Below, in pieces: positions 51,264-62,982 of a stretch of 64,000 nucleotides of DNA (positions within the stretch are counted from its first letter, which is position 1; each line of letters starts with the position of its first letter). The translations under genes and the position numbers were made by a program. Below the pieces are notes generated by a model that was given only the letters and a program-made list of their open reading frames with translations, was not told the DNA's origin and did no database searches. This stretch comes from Squalus acanthias (lineage: Eukaryota), in NCBI GenBank assembly GCA_030390025.1, contig CM059429.1, positions 18,104,001 through 18,168,000 of the forward strand. The letters run 5' to 3'.

Positions 51264-52192
51264 TATCTCAGCTGCAATGTAAATACACCATTAGGCTCTC
51301 TGAGGGTGGTGAGAAGGGTAAGATGCTACCCACAGGGAAGGAGGAGATATTAAAGGGTGATTCAATCTTTTCCAACCTTATACAGCTTCTAGGAGTTAGT
51401 TACAGAACAACATTGGATCAAGTCTCTTGTTTGCCTTTTCATTTCGGGAATGATACATATCACAGGAAGAGAGAATGTAAAGAGGGGATAGAAAGAGGCC
51501 ATGCACTCAAAATGAGTCTGGTGCAAATAATAAACTCAGAGCTACTCTACCAAGAAAGAATCTGCTTGAATTAGGGACTGGAGTGAACAATAATCAGTTA
51601 GCAAATCTTTGTCCCATGGCAAATACAAATATTCATTCAGCAATTAAATCGCAACAAAAACAATCCTGAACACCCAAAACAACATTTATTCAGCAATAAA
51701 TTCAGTGAACAAAATAAGAGAACATTCAATTTTATAAAAAAGTTTATGTTTCTATGATACGCTACTGTCTATGAAATTTGGCAGAGGATGTATTAAGTGA
51801 GTTGAGCATTAAAAGCCAAATAAATTGGGAAACATTTTATTCTTGGATCAGGATTTTATGTTCAACTGTTAGGTTTGGATCAGGTACTTAACTCCATGGA
51901 GGGAATGGGAAATGGCATTGGAATTTTACTCTCGATCAGAATTATGCTTGGATTAGATTTTGAGTTTATTTGGAATCTAATCTACTTGAAAGAAACTAGG
52001 GAATGATTTGGAACCTGTTATAGAAAACTGGTAAAAATAAAATTAATGCTCTAATGCACTGAAGTGAGTGGTCGAGTATGTTTCATAGCCATGATTCCAT
52101 ACCTGGGAAGTGTTGTTCTCCCTGAATGCAATGCATAGCAAAATTATGATGTGCAAAACTTTAGAAAGAATGTGCCTATAATTTTGCTACAT

Positions 52193-52403
52193 TTTAAAAA
52201 TATTAATTCCTGGGATGTGGGCGTCGCTGGCAAGGCCAGCATTTATTGCCCACCCCTAATTGCCCTTGAGAAGGTGGTGGTGAACCGCCGTCTTGAACCG
52301 CTGCAGTCCGTGTGGTGAAGGTACTCCCACAGTGCTGTTAGGGAGGGAGTTCCAGGATTTTGATCCAGCGACGATGAAGGAATGGCGATATATTTCCAAG
52401 TCA
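52193..52403 (-). mobile_element. 5'-truncated CR1/L2-group LINE 3' end flanked by a 37-bp direct repeat
   Basis: The minus strand reads DLEIYRHSFIVAGSKSWNSLPNSTVGVPSPHGLQRFKTAVHHHLLKGN*, a WNxLP ORF2 terminus, followed by a short 3' UTR. Flanks 52156-52192 and 52410-52446 match at 36/37. Confidence 0.85.
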
Positions 52404-52741
52404 CTTTAGAAACTTTAGAAAGAATGTGCCTATAATTTTACTACATATAGTGCACGGGAGAAGGTTTCCCCCTCCCTCTTAGGAACATTGACAAGTACAG
52501 GACCAGAAATACTCAACCACGTTAATCTTCTTTGCTACACTGTAGCTGCTGTGAGGACACGTGGCCAAGTATGTTATGTTCACAATTCCAAAGCCAAAGG
52601 TTGGTTGGGGTTGGGTGGGGTGGGGGAGGGTTAAGCGTATTATATTGGGATAATCAGTTTCCCTAAAATTTTCAGACTAAAGTGGGCATTGTATGTTATA
52701 CACGGGTATGTTATCATTGAAAATTTATGCATGGTAAAAAA

Positions 52742-53356
52742 GTTTAGTATACTGTATTCGCTGCTCACCATGCGGTCTCCTTTACATTGGGGAGACCAAA
52801 CGTAGATTGGGTGATCGCTTTGTGGAACATCTCTGTTCAGTCCATAAGGGTGACCCCGAGCTTCCGGTCGCTTGTCACTTTAATTTTCCACTCCACTCCC
52901 ACTCTGACCTCTCTGTCGTCGGCCTCTTACACTGTTCCAGTGAAGCTCAACGTAAGCTCGAGGAACAGCACCACATCTTTCGATTAGGCACTTTACAGCC
53001 TTCTGGACTCAACATTCAGTTCAACAATTTCAGACCATAACCTCTGCCCCTATTTTTTCAGGCGACAGCTTGTTGATGATTCTGCCATCCCTATTGAAAC
53101 ATTTAACCACTCCTGCCTTCCACTCTATCACAGACCGTCCCTTTTGTTCCTTCCTCCCTTCCCCCCTTTCCCTGCCTCTGCACCTGCTTAAAATCTGTTA
53201 CATCTCTAACCTTTTTCCAGTTCTGACGAAGGGTTACTGAGCTGAAACGTTAACTCTGTTTCTCTCTCCACGGATGCTGCCTGACCTGTGGAGTGTTTCC
53301 AGCATTTTCTACTGTTATTTCAGATTTCCAGCATCTGCAGTATTTTGCTGTTGTAT
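52742..53356 (+). mobile_element. Penelope-like retroelement fragment (GIY-YIG endonuclease C-terminus plus 3' region)
   Basis: The frame from 52744 reads LVYCIRCSPCGLLYIGETKRRLGDRFVEH...EEQHHIFRLGTLQPSGLN, the PLE GIY-YIG signature (VYxIxCxxC, YIGET, R..EH, P.GLN). Stop at 53038-53040. Confidence 0.9.
53219..53255 (+). ncRNA. Minimal type I hammerhead ribozyme motif (PLE-associated, partly decayed)
   Basis: AGTT-CTGACGA-A-GGGTT-ACT-GAGCT-GAAA-CG-TT-AACT. It has the CUGANGA and GAAA cores, stem I AGTT/AACT, a palindromic ACGT stem III and a GUU triplet. Stem II has a G-G mismatch. Confidence 0.7.
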
Positions 53357-53861
53357 ATAATATACTTTCTCCTTTCCATTTTGTGGTGTCTGGAGCACTA
53401 TCTTCAGCCAAGAGCTTGAGTCAATAACCTGGTGCCAGCCACTTGGTGACTGTGCTCTGTAGAGGTGTGTGATTGTGGCCTAGGTTGGTTCTTTCTCTGA
53501 TTACCCCTGCCATTACAGAGACGTGCCTCTGCTCAATGTCTCCTTAAGGTGATCATTGATACTGCCGACTCACTAATGTTTTTGGAACCAGTCCGATGCA
53601 CTGCAGGGGCATTTCTGGTTCTGTACTGGTATGGCAATAATGCCGGACACAAGCTGCAGATGAGTGAAGCTGATGTGACAATTTGGCCAGGCCCCCAACA
53701 AGGAAAAGCTGGAAAGCATTCTGTAAAATAAAATAGTGAAGTACAGATGGTCAGTATTTTTTCCAGAGCTGGAATTGGTTTCATTTTAGCTTCTGTGTAT
53801 AATAAACCTCTGCTACTTTTGGACAATTTGGGGAGAAAATGCATAAATTTATGCTATATGT

Positions 53862-54163
53862 AACAGAAAAAAGACCTGCATTTATATAGAACTTTTCACA
53901 TCTTCAGGATGTCCCAAAGTTCTCCACAGTCAATTAATTATTTTTAGAAGTGTAGTCACTGTTGTTTTTGTAAGCAAATGCAACAGCAAATTTGCGCATG
54001 GCAAAGTCCCACGAACAGCAATGGCCGGTAAATATGTTTATTGGTAGTATTGATTGAGGGATGAATGTTGGCCAGGACCCCTGTTCTTCTATAAAAAAGG
54101 ACCATGGAATTGTTTACATTCAGCTGAACAAGCAGACAGGTTTAACGTTTCATCTAAAAGACG
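53862..54163 (-). mobile_element. Deu-domain SINE (SacSINE1/AmnSINE1-related) fragment
   Basis: The minus strand resembles the Deu domain (ttagatgaaacgttaaacc...tctgc...ccatggtcc...gaagaacagggg...tcctggccaacattcatccctcaa) and ends in an L2-like tail (tttgggacatcctgaagatgtgaaaag...tatataaatgca). Recognised from memory. Confidence 0.7.
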
Positions 54164-56237
54164 TATAAAGAGTAATTCAACCAAATGTTCCACTAATATC
54201 CTTCTGTTATTATTTAACCCATGTAGATCTTGGAAGGCAAAGCTTTCCAAGTGATTAAAATATTCTAGAATTTGAAAAGTGTCACTGTCTAACCTTCTGT
54301 TAGAAAGAAATCTGATTCAGTTCAACTTTTGTCCCCCTATCTTCTTAACACTTTTGTTTCGAGCAGTTTTCTAAAGTTAATCATAATATTTCGTCAGTGA
54401 TTTTTAAAAAGGGCACTGATACTGAAAATATTTTTGTTTGAGGTTTGTACTGATTGGTTGATGCTATTAGTGACACCAATTTATAACAAGCATTTTGGGG
54501 TTAATTGGAAAAAAGATGCACGAATCCCCTCTAATAATAAATGACAGCTAACATTCAGAGAGAAATATTAGCAAAGACTTCAGTCACTGGGTTTGGAAGG
54601 TTGCCCCTAAATTAGACCTTAGTGAAGAAAGGAATGAATCCTGTGCTTATTTAATCAGATTTCAGCAGCAGCAATCTAACTAAATGTAGCAAAAGCTTTC
54701 TGTAGATTAGAGCAGTGCCTTCCTGTGTAAATGTGCAGAAAGTTAGGAAGTGTGGATATGGTAAAATTGTGGTTAGATGGATTAATGCATTGTATTAAAC
54801 ACCGCAGGCAGCAGCAGTAACAGGATCGTGTGTCATTTATTCACCTCAGAGACTGGAGAAGAGAAAGTTAGCCCACTGTGAGTTTACATTTCTCTGAGAA
54901 CAAGTAAGGAGTTGAAGTCCAAAAAAAGCAGTCAGACAAATCACAGTTATCGTCCTTGTGCATTGGCTTTTGGAACTCTCAGCCGTTGCATTAGAAGACT
55001 ACACACATTGAAGAAGGCACCCTGAGGAATCTGTTATGAAATTCCAGATGATATTACACTTAGCTCAAAAATCATCTTAGTATAATATGTTTAATATGCA
55101 TATCTGACCTGGTGGCTGAAACAGCCAATTAGACTGCTGCTTAAGTGTCACATGCTTTCCAAATGGCAGTGACTAATTAGTGGGTCTAACTGTTGTTTTC
55201 AGTAACCCCCTAAGTGCGGTTTTTAAAGTTAAACTAAATTGAAATCTCTAAATGGAGAGAAAAAAATATTAAAACAATATTGTTTTGCTGGATGAAAACA
55301 TTTGAAGGGTGGGGATTCAAACTGCAATTTAAAATGCTACAGTTTTGCAGATTAAACAGTTGCATGGTCTGTAAACAGAGCTGTGCCTCCCCCGGAAAAT
55401 TCGGAAATGGTGCCTTCCACATTTACCCAGGAGGTTGTCCAGCAGCTTCATCTGGGATAAAGTCCCACCCTGAATTTCTTTTATTCGCTGTTTAGCCAAT
55501 TATGCTTAGACTTAGAAATCAATTAAGAGATCCATCTCATTGCTGTTTGTGGGTGGTAGTATGCAGGAGGAATGACAATAATGGAAAGATGAAGGGAAGA
55601 AGCAACTCCAATTATATACAGTGTTACACAACTTGTTAACATTTTCACAGGAAAGTTGGATGGCCCAGGGCACGCTCTCCTCAACATTTCAAGACAGATA
55701 AATAATTTAAGAACCAATGCATTTTTCCGAATGTTTAGATGGGTATTTTTTTACAGAACACTCTTTAATTAAAATAGGTAGGCAGGGTGCCACATGGTGC
55801 CAGACTGTTGGGATGTAGCTTCAATCCGCTAGTTTTCCATTCTCAGTTCTTTAGCTGCGGAGGGGTGCAGAGTGGAAGCTCAATTGACCTCGTACAAGAA
55901 GGTTGAGAAAAGTGAAAATCCTCATTCCACTTTTGTACCCCTTCTGGTTAGAAATTAGAAGGTAAATAGCCTCAATAAACAAGCCAGATAGAATAATCAA
56001 ACATGATAGTGAATGGTAAAATTAAACATCGCTAACAAACCCTACTTTGTGCTTTTAATGGGAAGCTTAGAGAATCATGGAACGTGATCCTCAAAACACT
56101 GGTAAAAATCCTAGGATCCTGTGCAATAAAATGGAATATTTATTCAGCTAATGGTCCTGAGTATGGGGAGTAGAAGCCCCTTTGTATATTATGGAAAAAG
56201 CCACTGGCATCCCTTTCTCTGTGGGGAACGAAGATGG

Positions 56238-56574
56238 AATGACAGACTAGATTACCAGAACACTGGTTAATGACAGATTGGATCATCAAAACACTGGTTA
56301 ATGACAGATTGGATCACCAAAACACTGGTTAATGACAGAATGTAGCGCCAGAATACTGGTTAATGACAGAATGAATCACCAAAACACTGGTTAATGACAG
56401 ATTGGATCACCAAAACACTGGTTAATAACAGAATGGATTACCAAAATACTGGTTAATGACAGAATGGATCAGCAAAACACTGGTTAATAACAGAATGGAT
56501 TACCAAAATGCTGGTTAATGACAGATTGGATCACCAAAACACTGGTTAATAACAGAATGGATCAGCAAAACACT
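56238..56574 (+). repeat. 31-bp minisatellite, about 11 copies
   Basis: Unit CACTGGTTAATGACAGATTGGATCACCAAAA recurs at 56261, 56292, 56323, 56354, 56385, 56416, 56447, 56478, 56509 and 56540, with partial end units. Confidence 0.96.
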
Positions 56575-57100
56575 ATAAAGCAAAATTTAAAAAAACCATA
56601 AAGCAAAAACAGAATTTGACTTATTCATTCAACAGATGCCAGCAGTTCTGATCATTAATAATTACAGTTTGTCATGATGTACCAATATTCAGAGTGTTGT
56701 ACAGATGGAGCTGCATTCCCCAAGCAGGCTCTGGATCATTGTAAACTTGAGGTTTTAGTATATATATTTTACCCTATCTCACTTAATTAACAGGGGTGGA
56801 GGGGAGATTAGGGACTTGTGTAATGCGTACATCTATGTGTAAACGCAAATGACCAAGCTTTGTAAACTTTCCAGTTCTTGCGTCAGTGCATAACAAACCT
56901 TTGCTTTATTAAAGTAGTTCAAGGACATTCTGTAACATAAAGCAGTCAGACATGAATCTTGAATATTTAATATTTGTTGTTCTTGCTCCAAACTGGTTTT
57001 TGGAGTATTTATTTTAGAAAGTATCATTATTATAACAAACACAGTATACATTTAAAATGAACCAATGTTAAATATGATGCATTTTGGCGTTTCGCTAAAT

Positions 57101-57142
57101 AATGGCCCTTTTCTGTGCTGTATATTCTACGTAATTCTATGT
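57101..57142 (+). mobile_element. Tiny CR1 3'-tail remnant
   Basis: aatggcccttttctgtgctgtatattctacgtaattctatgt resembles the CR1 terminal segment with ATTCTRYG repeats. Confidence 0.45.
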
Positions 57143-59324
57143 AAAAAAAAATTCTTGAGTATTTCTGTTTTTCAGAAATGAACCTCTAGAGAATACAAGA
57201 CTTAAAATTGTGCTGTATTAGCATACAAATGCTTAATATATTTGTATTAAGTTCCTTTCTCTACTGTTTTAATGGCAGCATTAATTTGTTTATTTTGTAC
57301 AAGTTAATATCTATGTTTTAATTGCAGATAAAAGAATTTCATAGAAATGGGTTAAGCATTGTGATGTTAATATCACACAGTAACCATCAGGCACTAATGA
57401 GAGCTTTTGGTGTGTTCTGGTTGTTTATAATTTTAAACTAGTCATTTTTTTGCACTCTTATTATTCATGCACCAAATATATTGGTACATTACAAAATTCA
57501 AGCTAGTTTAAAGGGTTGAGAACTATTTCATCAGTACATTTTAAAGCAACAAGAATATTTGAGGTACAGAAATATATGGTAAAGCCTGAAGCTAGACAAC
57601 TTGTTCCAGAGTATGATAAATCTCAATTCAGTATATTCATAAACTCATGCATCTTTGGAGCAGAAGAATGGAGGATTACTCTTCCCAGAGCCCTTTTCCT
57701 CTAGGACATCAATCTGAAGATGTGACTACCAGCTATTTGAATCTTTAAACTTTAACAAGGTGGTACTCGGAAGAGGTAACTAATGTTTTCATGACTCAGG
57801 CCAGTAAGTATTTCAGTGTGTGGACTTGATAAGTATAACAGAGTGAGATGTGATTATAATTTTTTTTTTACTTTTATCGCTGAAGTAGTTCAATGCCATA
57901 ATTGACACAGAAAGAGCTACAAAATGATGCATTGTTAACGTTTATGTAATGGTCCTAAAACAAAATTAGCTGTTATTAATGAAAAGTGATTAAGAAGTAC
58001 TGGGGATTATCTTAATCTATGTTAAATGCAAGGGATGGGAAAATCCTTTAAGTATAAATGACAATGGAAAATATTAATGAATATCCACTGCAGACTGGTT
58101 GATAGTACGAAGATCCTCTGCGGCAGCCTGAAATGAGCCTATTTCATAAAAGTTGAGTGCAATGGTCACCTTCATAGCCACAGAGACAGCAGTGTGTGCA
58201 GTCGGTGACAGAGCTGCCTTACTGCCTCTTTGGTGAAGTGCAGAATGACAAATAAAAACATTTCCCTGCTGCAGAAATTGCTATTCAAACTCTCCAGACT
58301 CTTCTATTGCAAAATCTCTTCACTTCTGCCTGTATTAACTGATCCTACCAATTGCGGTGCCTTATAAATTTCAGTCTAAGTTACTAAGAGCACTACTGGC
58401 TCTCATTATAATATATGTTAATGAAGCCAGTCAGACTTTTTCGGCGGATCGCAGGAAGGGCCAAGAAGTGCAAGGGGACTAGGGGAAAGCATTTAATGTC
58501 TGAAATTGGGTGAAATTGATTTTTACCTGATTTTCCTGTCAGAAAGAATTACCTATGCCATTTTTGCACCGCTAACATGCCAAAAAACAGTAAGGGAATT
58601 CACCCCCCGAGCCCCCGCCCCCCCCCACCCACCCAGAGAATTTAATCTACAGTTTCTTTCAAACTCTTTTCAAAAAAGAAAGAAATTCTAAAATCCTGAG
58701 AAAACGAGAGAACATAACTTTGTACCCTTCAAGCCAAACTGATGCATGGATTGCACACTGGTAAATCTTGCAAACTGCACATTAAGAATGCACAGATGTG
58801 ATTGAAAGCTCCGTCCAGCTGTTGTATAGTAAGAATATCTAGTTGAAGCTCAAGCTTTTGAGATGGGTTGAGGCCTTGCAGTAAACACTTCAATGAAAGT
58901 CTTAAAAGATGCAAGGGACAATTCAATGGCTAAATGTAATCATGTTATCCTAAAAAATGTGATTTTTATATTTTGTTTAAAACCTTATTTTTGATATTAG
59001 AAATTTCAGTTACTGAAAAAGAAATGACATGATTTTTTTCAGAAAGCATTTTGAGTGATATAATTGGTTCACCAACAAACTGTGACGAGGAAAAGTTGAC
59101 ATATCGAGATAATGTTTTGCCATTATAATTTTTTACAAATGGATTTCCATTTTAAATGTTAACATTGGCAGTTTCAATGTTAAATGCTGACATAACTAGT
59201 GTGATGCAAAATAGTGACATGGGAGGTAATATATGTCAACAGGATATGCACACTATATCCAGGATCTTTAATAATATATATACTAAAGAATAACACACAT
59301 AGGAACGTGTTTCTTGGCACTAAT

Positions 59325-60208
59325 GGGTAGATTTTTAAGAACATAAAAACATAAGAAATAGGAGCAGGAATAGGTCACTTGGCCCCTCGAGCCTGCTCCG
59401 CCATTCAATAAGATCATGGCTGATCTTGGGCTCAAAGCCACTTCCCTGCCCGCTCCCCATAACCCTTCACTCCCTTATCTTGCAAAAATCTGTCTATCTC
59501 CACCGTAAATGTATTTAATCACCCAGCCTCCACGGCTCTCTGGGGCAGAGAAGTCCACAGATTTAGGACCCTCTGAGAGAAGAAATTCCTCCTCATCTCA
59601 GTTCTAAAAGGGCGACCCTTTATTCTGAAACTATGCCCCCGAGTTCTAGATTTCCCCACGAGGGGAAATATCCTCTCTGCATCCACCTTGTCGAGCCCCC
59701 TCAGTATTTCATATGTTTCAATAAGATCACCTCTCACTCTTCTAAATTCTAATGAGTATAGGCCCAACCTGCTCAACCTTTCTTCATAAGTCAACCCCCT
59801 GATCTCTGGAATTAACCTAGTGAATCGTCTCTGAACTGCCTCCAATGCAAGTATATCGTTCCTTAAATAAGGAGACCAAAACTGTACGCAGTACTCAAGG
59901 TGTGGTCTCACCAATACCCTGTACAGTTGTAGCAAGACTTCCCTGCTTTTATACTCCAACCCCCTTGAAATAAAGGCCAACATTCCATTTGCCTTTTTGA
60001 TTACTTGCTGTACCTGCATGCTAACTTTTTGTGTTTCATGCACAAGGACCCCCAGGTCCCTCTGAACTGTAGCATTGTTGATCAGTCACCCGTGATAGGA
60101 TCCACCCGACTTTCAGTTCCAGTGGAAATGAAATCAGGTGGTTTCTGTGATGGGCGGTCGATCCACAATGCCAGTTTTATGCCCGGGTAACAAGTTGAAA
60201 ATCTACCC
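59325..60208. mobile_element. Palindromic MITE interrupted by the CR1 insertion
   Basis: Left TIR GGGTAGATTTT at 59325-59335 and right TIR AAAATCTACCC at 60198-60208. Hairpin core 60080-60164 is centred on TTCCA-G-TGGAA. The TIR is the same as in the 49152-49403 element. Confidence 0.62.
59337..60076 (-). mobile_element. 5'-truncated CR1 LINE (ORF2 C-terminus, 3' UTR, octamer tail)
   Basis: ORF 60043-59519 has KKANGMLAFISRG, LYRVLVRPHLEYCVQFWSP, YEERL, RRVRGDLIE, RTRGH, FFSQRVLNLW (classic CR1 ORF2). The tail reads TTCTTATG-TTTTTATG-TTCTT. Confidence 0.95.
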
Positions 60209-60400
60209 CAACATGTCTTGGAGTATTTTTGGAACATGCTTACAATTCTGTTCAAGGGAATCTTCACAAATGTATTTCAACTGTCACTTATACATAACAA
60301 CCAGAGGAATTCTTACCCCAGTGCGTTACTACTTTTGTCATGCACTCCCGGCAATCTGTTATCCTAGTTATTTCACAAATCACTGTGTAGAAAGCATTAT

Positions 60401-61075
60401 GGGGGTGAAATTCCCTTCATTTGCGCCTCTGGTGGAAGGCGCTAACGAGGAGCAAATGGCTTTTCGCCCCCCCCCCCCGAATCGATAACCACGCCTCTCG
60501 CGGAATTCCGCGGGAGGTTAGCAGCGGTGCTATCGAGTATCGCCCCGATCTTCTGCGCCCGGAGATCATGACGTCATCTCCAGGCGCAGCGCCCCGGTAG
60601 AGCCTTGGGAGAAAAATTCCCCCTTGTGCCCCGCAGCAGCGCCGGGTGATGTTACCGACTGACTGCAGGGATCGCAAACAGTGAGGCCGGCCGCTCGCGG
60701 GGCACCATTTAAAGGCGCGGTGGCCGGCCGACTTGAAAAAAATCGGTGATTTAACAAAAAAAAATTTCTGAGCACCGGACGCGGGCTGAGTGCGGCGATC
60801 GGTCAGCCCGGCACTCCTGCACCCTGGTGCTTCAGCAGATACCAAATAAAAATGCAGAGCACGCAGCGGGGAGCCCTTCCCTTTAATTGAGCAGCAGCTG
60901 AGCATATCGCCCCGGATCGGGACATTCCCTGCCTCTTGCGCACCAAGAGGCAAGTGGAGCGCTTGATTTCGCGTTCCACTTCCCTCTTGGAGCAAAAAAT
61001 GGGAATTTCAGGCGCTAATTTTCAAACATTTTTGACTTAGCGCCCCAAATGGCCCTCAAGGGGAATTTCTCCCCC
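60401..61075. mobile_element. 675-bp GC/CpG-rich MITE, PIF/Harbinger-like
   Basis: TIRs GGGGGTGAAATTCCC and GGGAATTTCTCCCCC match at 14/15, with a 3-bp TAT duplication on both sides (60398-60400, 61076-61078). No transposase motif. Confidence 0.82.
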
Positions 61076-62344
61076 TATATTTGTAAAAGGTTTACCCCTT
61101 TCTGATCTCTCTAATGGAATGTCAGATTCAGTGACTGAAACAATTTGCTAAACTAAAAGTAACATGATATGGTCATTACTAATTGTTATCTATAGATATT
61201 ACATCCATATTTACAGATGTATAAGTAAGCAGGCAGAAAGAGATAGCGGCCACCGATGTAAGAGTCTGCAATGAAAATAATCTTGCTGATTTGATGACTC
61301 TGCTTTTAATTAAGCTCATTTTCTATCTTGTTGGAACACATGTAAGAGAAAGTATCATCAAAGGTCACTGGGTTCATTGTAAGCTCACATCAAAGAAGAA
61401 AAACATTGTAGCATTTAAACTTAATGGCAGGTGCACATAGGGGTGCCAGGTCATCTCAGGGTGGTCTGGGGAAGACTGCGGAAAGGCCATCCTGTCCTCA
61501 GACCCTTTTATCTGTCAGGGATGGTAAAGACCCTAGGTTAGAAAGAGATTCAACACTGATTAGAAGCAGTGGACTTCAAGGCTCTCTGGTTTCAGCTTTG
61601 CCCAGCATGGAGGCTGTCGCTCTGTTCCCTACCAACAGGAACATCTGGGTAACAGAAAAAGGAACCTCATGGCAGCGTCACCGAACACTGGGCTGTCAAT
61701 GTAATTCTCGAGAAGCATAGTTCCAAGAGTGTTCAAATTATCAGGTCAAAGGCGCTTCAAAGGAGTGTGGGGTGACAGATGTAAAAAAGTTATGATGAAC
61801 ATGAACACTAGGGAGGAAACTGTGGCAGTGCGGAGGGACCTAGTACTCAGAAAGAATACCGGCCATTCAGAGTATATAAGACGAGAAAATAAAGACCGTA
61901 TTTCTTCCCCTGTAAATAAACAGATGTCTCAATTTTCTGACACTCCCTTCCCCCCTCCCCATTGTGAGAAATAAAAAATACCTGAGACTGATGGAATGCC
62001 TACAGTGCCGATGGAACACATTTAAAACCCCATGGATGCTATTATAAAATATTAGTGTGCTCAGTTCTCATTTGGAGTTATGATTTTACTGTTGTTTTAT
62101 GGAGCTGCTCTGAAGTGAATTTATACATAATTCCTTTTGCATTTTCTTTGGTAATTTTGTTCCTCCTCTCCTCTCATTTGTTAGTTATTTCCCCTTGTTA
62201 GGTTTGTCCACTCGGTGCACCATTTCCTGATTGTGCAGCTGATCAGCTGACCTCACCTCGGACCACAATCTGTTCATCTCGGTACTGGGCTATAACAAAT
62301 GATTTGGTTTATTTTCTAACTTTACCCCTCTTTTTTTTAAAGTG

Positions 62345-62740
62345 ACAGCTCATACTGCGCTATAGTACCATCAACAGCGGCGATAGCTCATCCAAACAGC
62401 CGTTCTTCATGTGTGCGTTTTGTTGGATAACGCTCCTGTGAAGCGCCTTGGAATGTTTTACAACATTAAAGGCGTGATATAAATGCAAGTTGTTGTTGTT
62501 GTTGTGTCTGGACAGTAGGTGGCGGTAGGCTAGTCAACCATGGGAGTCATCACAGCCAAGCCTGGTCGTGTCCTCACCCAATATCCACACATACAGGCAT
62601 TTTCCCAGCAGAGATCAGCATGTAGTAATCAAGAGTAGGATTTCTGTCCGATTATTTTCTCCTTACCCTGTCCTGGTAATGCTGAAGCCACTGTCATCCT
62701 GACTGAAATCAGCCAACTCAGCATAGACCAGGAAACAGTG
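62345..62740 (-). mobile_element. Degenerate tRNA-derived SINE, same family as 48735-49030, with a nested insertion
   Basis: Reverse-complement similarity to the 48.7-49.0 kb copy, interrupted at 62416-62504. Confidence 0.58.
62416..62504 (+). mobile_element. L2-type LINE/SINE 3' tail ending in (TTG)n
   Basis: ctcctgtgaagcgccttggaatgttttacaacattaaaggcgtgatataaatgcaag(ttg)5 is an L2-type tail of the same kind as the tail of the Deu-SINE. Confidence 0.72.
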
Positions 62741-62779
62741 TGGAACATGTCCGTGCAGAACACCACTTCAAACTAAACT

Positions 62780-62982
62780 GAGACACTACGACTAAAGTAC
62801 AAGGGCTAAAACTAATGAAGGGTAAATTTAGGACTGATGTCAGGAAGTGATATCTCACACAACCAATGATCAACAAATGGAATGGACTTCTGGGTAGTGC
62901 ACTGGACGTGAAAGCCCTGGAATCAGTTAAGAAACAGGAGGATACTGTGAATGAGCTAAGGTGGGTCAAATGGCTTTCCTCA
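62780..62982 (+). mobile_element. Old CR1 3' fragment
   Basis: Decayed ORF2 end LKLMKGKFRTDVRK*YLTQPMINKWNGL, followed by a CR1-like tail gggtcaaatggctttcctc. Confidence 0.65.

Noticed and set aside
11000-51600. Numerous 60-133 aa ORFs in the supplied track
   Set aside because: They have no recognisable domains, many use non-ATG starts, and their composition reflects AT-rich or simple-repeat DNA.
56238-56574. CRISPR-like array
   Set aside because: The segments between the constant cores are variants of one another and not unique spacers. There are no cas genes and the context is vertebrate.
60417-60995. 192-aa minus-strand ORF as a gene or transposase
   Set aside because: It lies wholly within a GC-rich MITE where stops are scarce, and no DDE or other domain motif was recognised.
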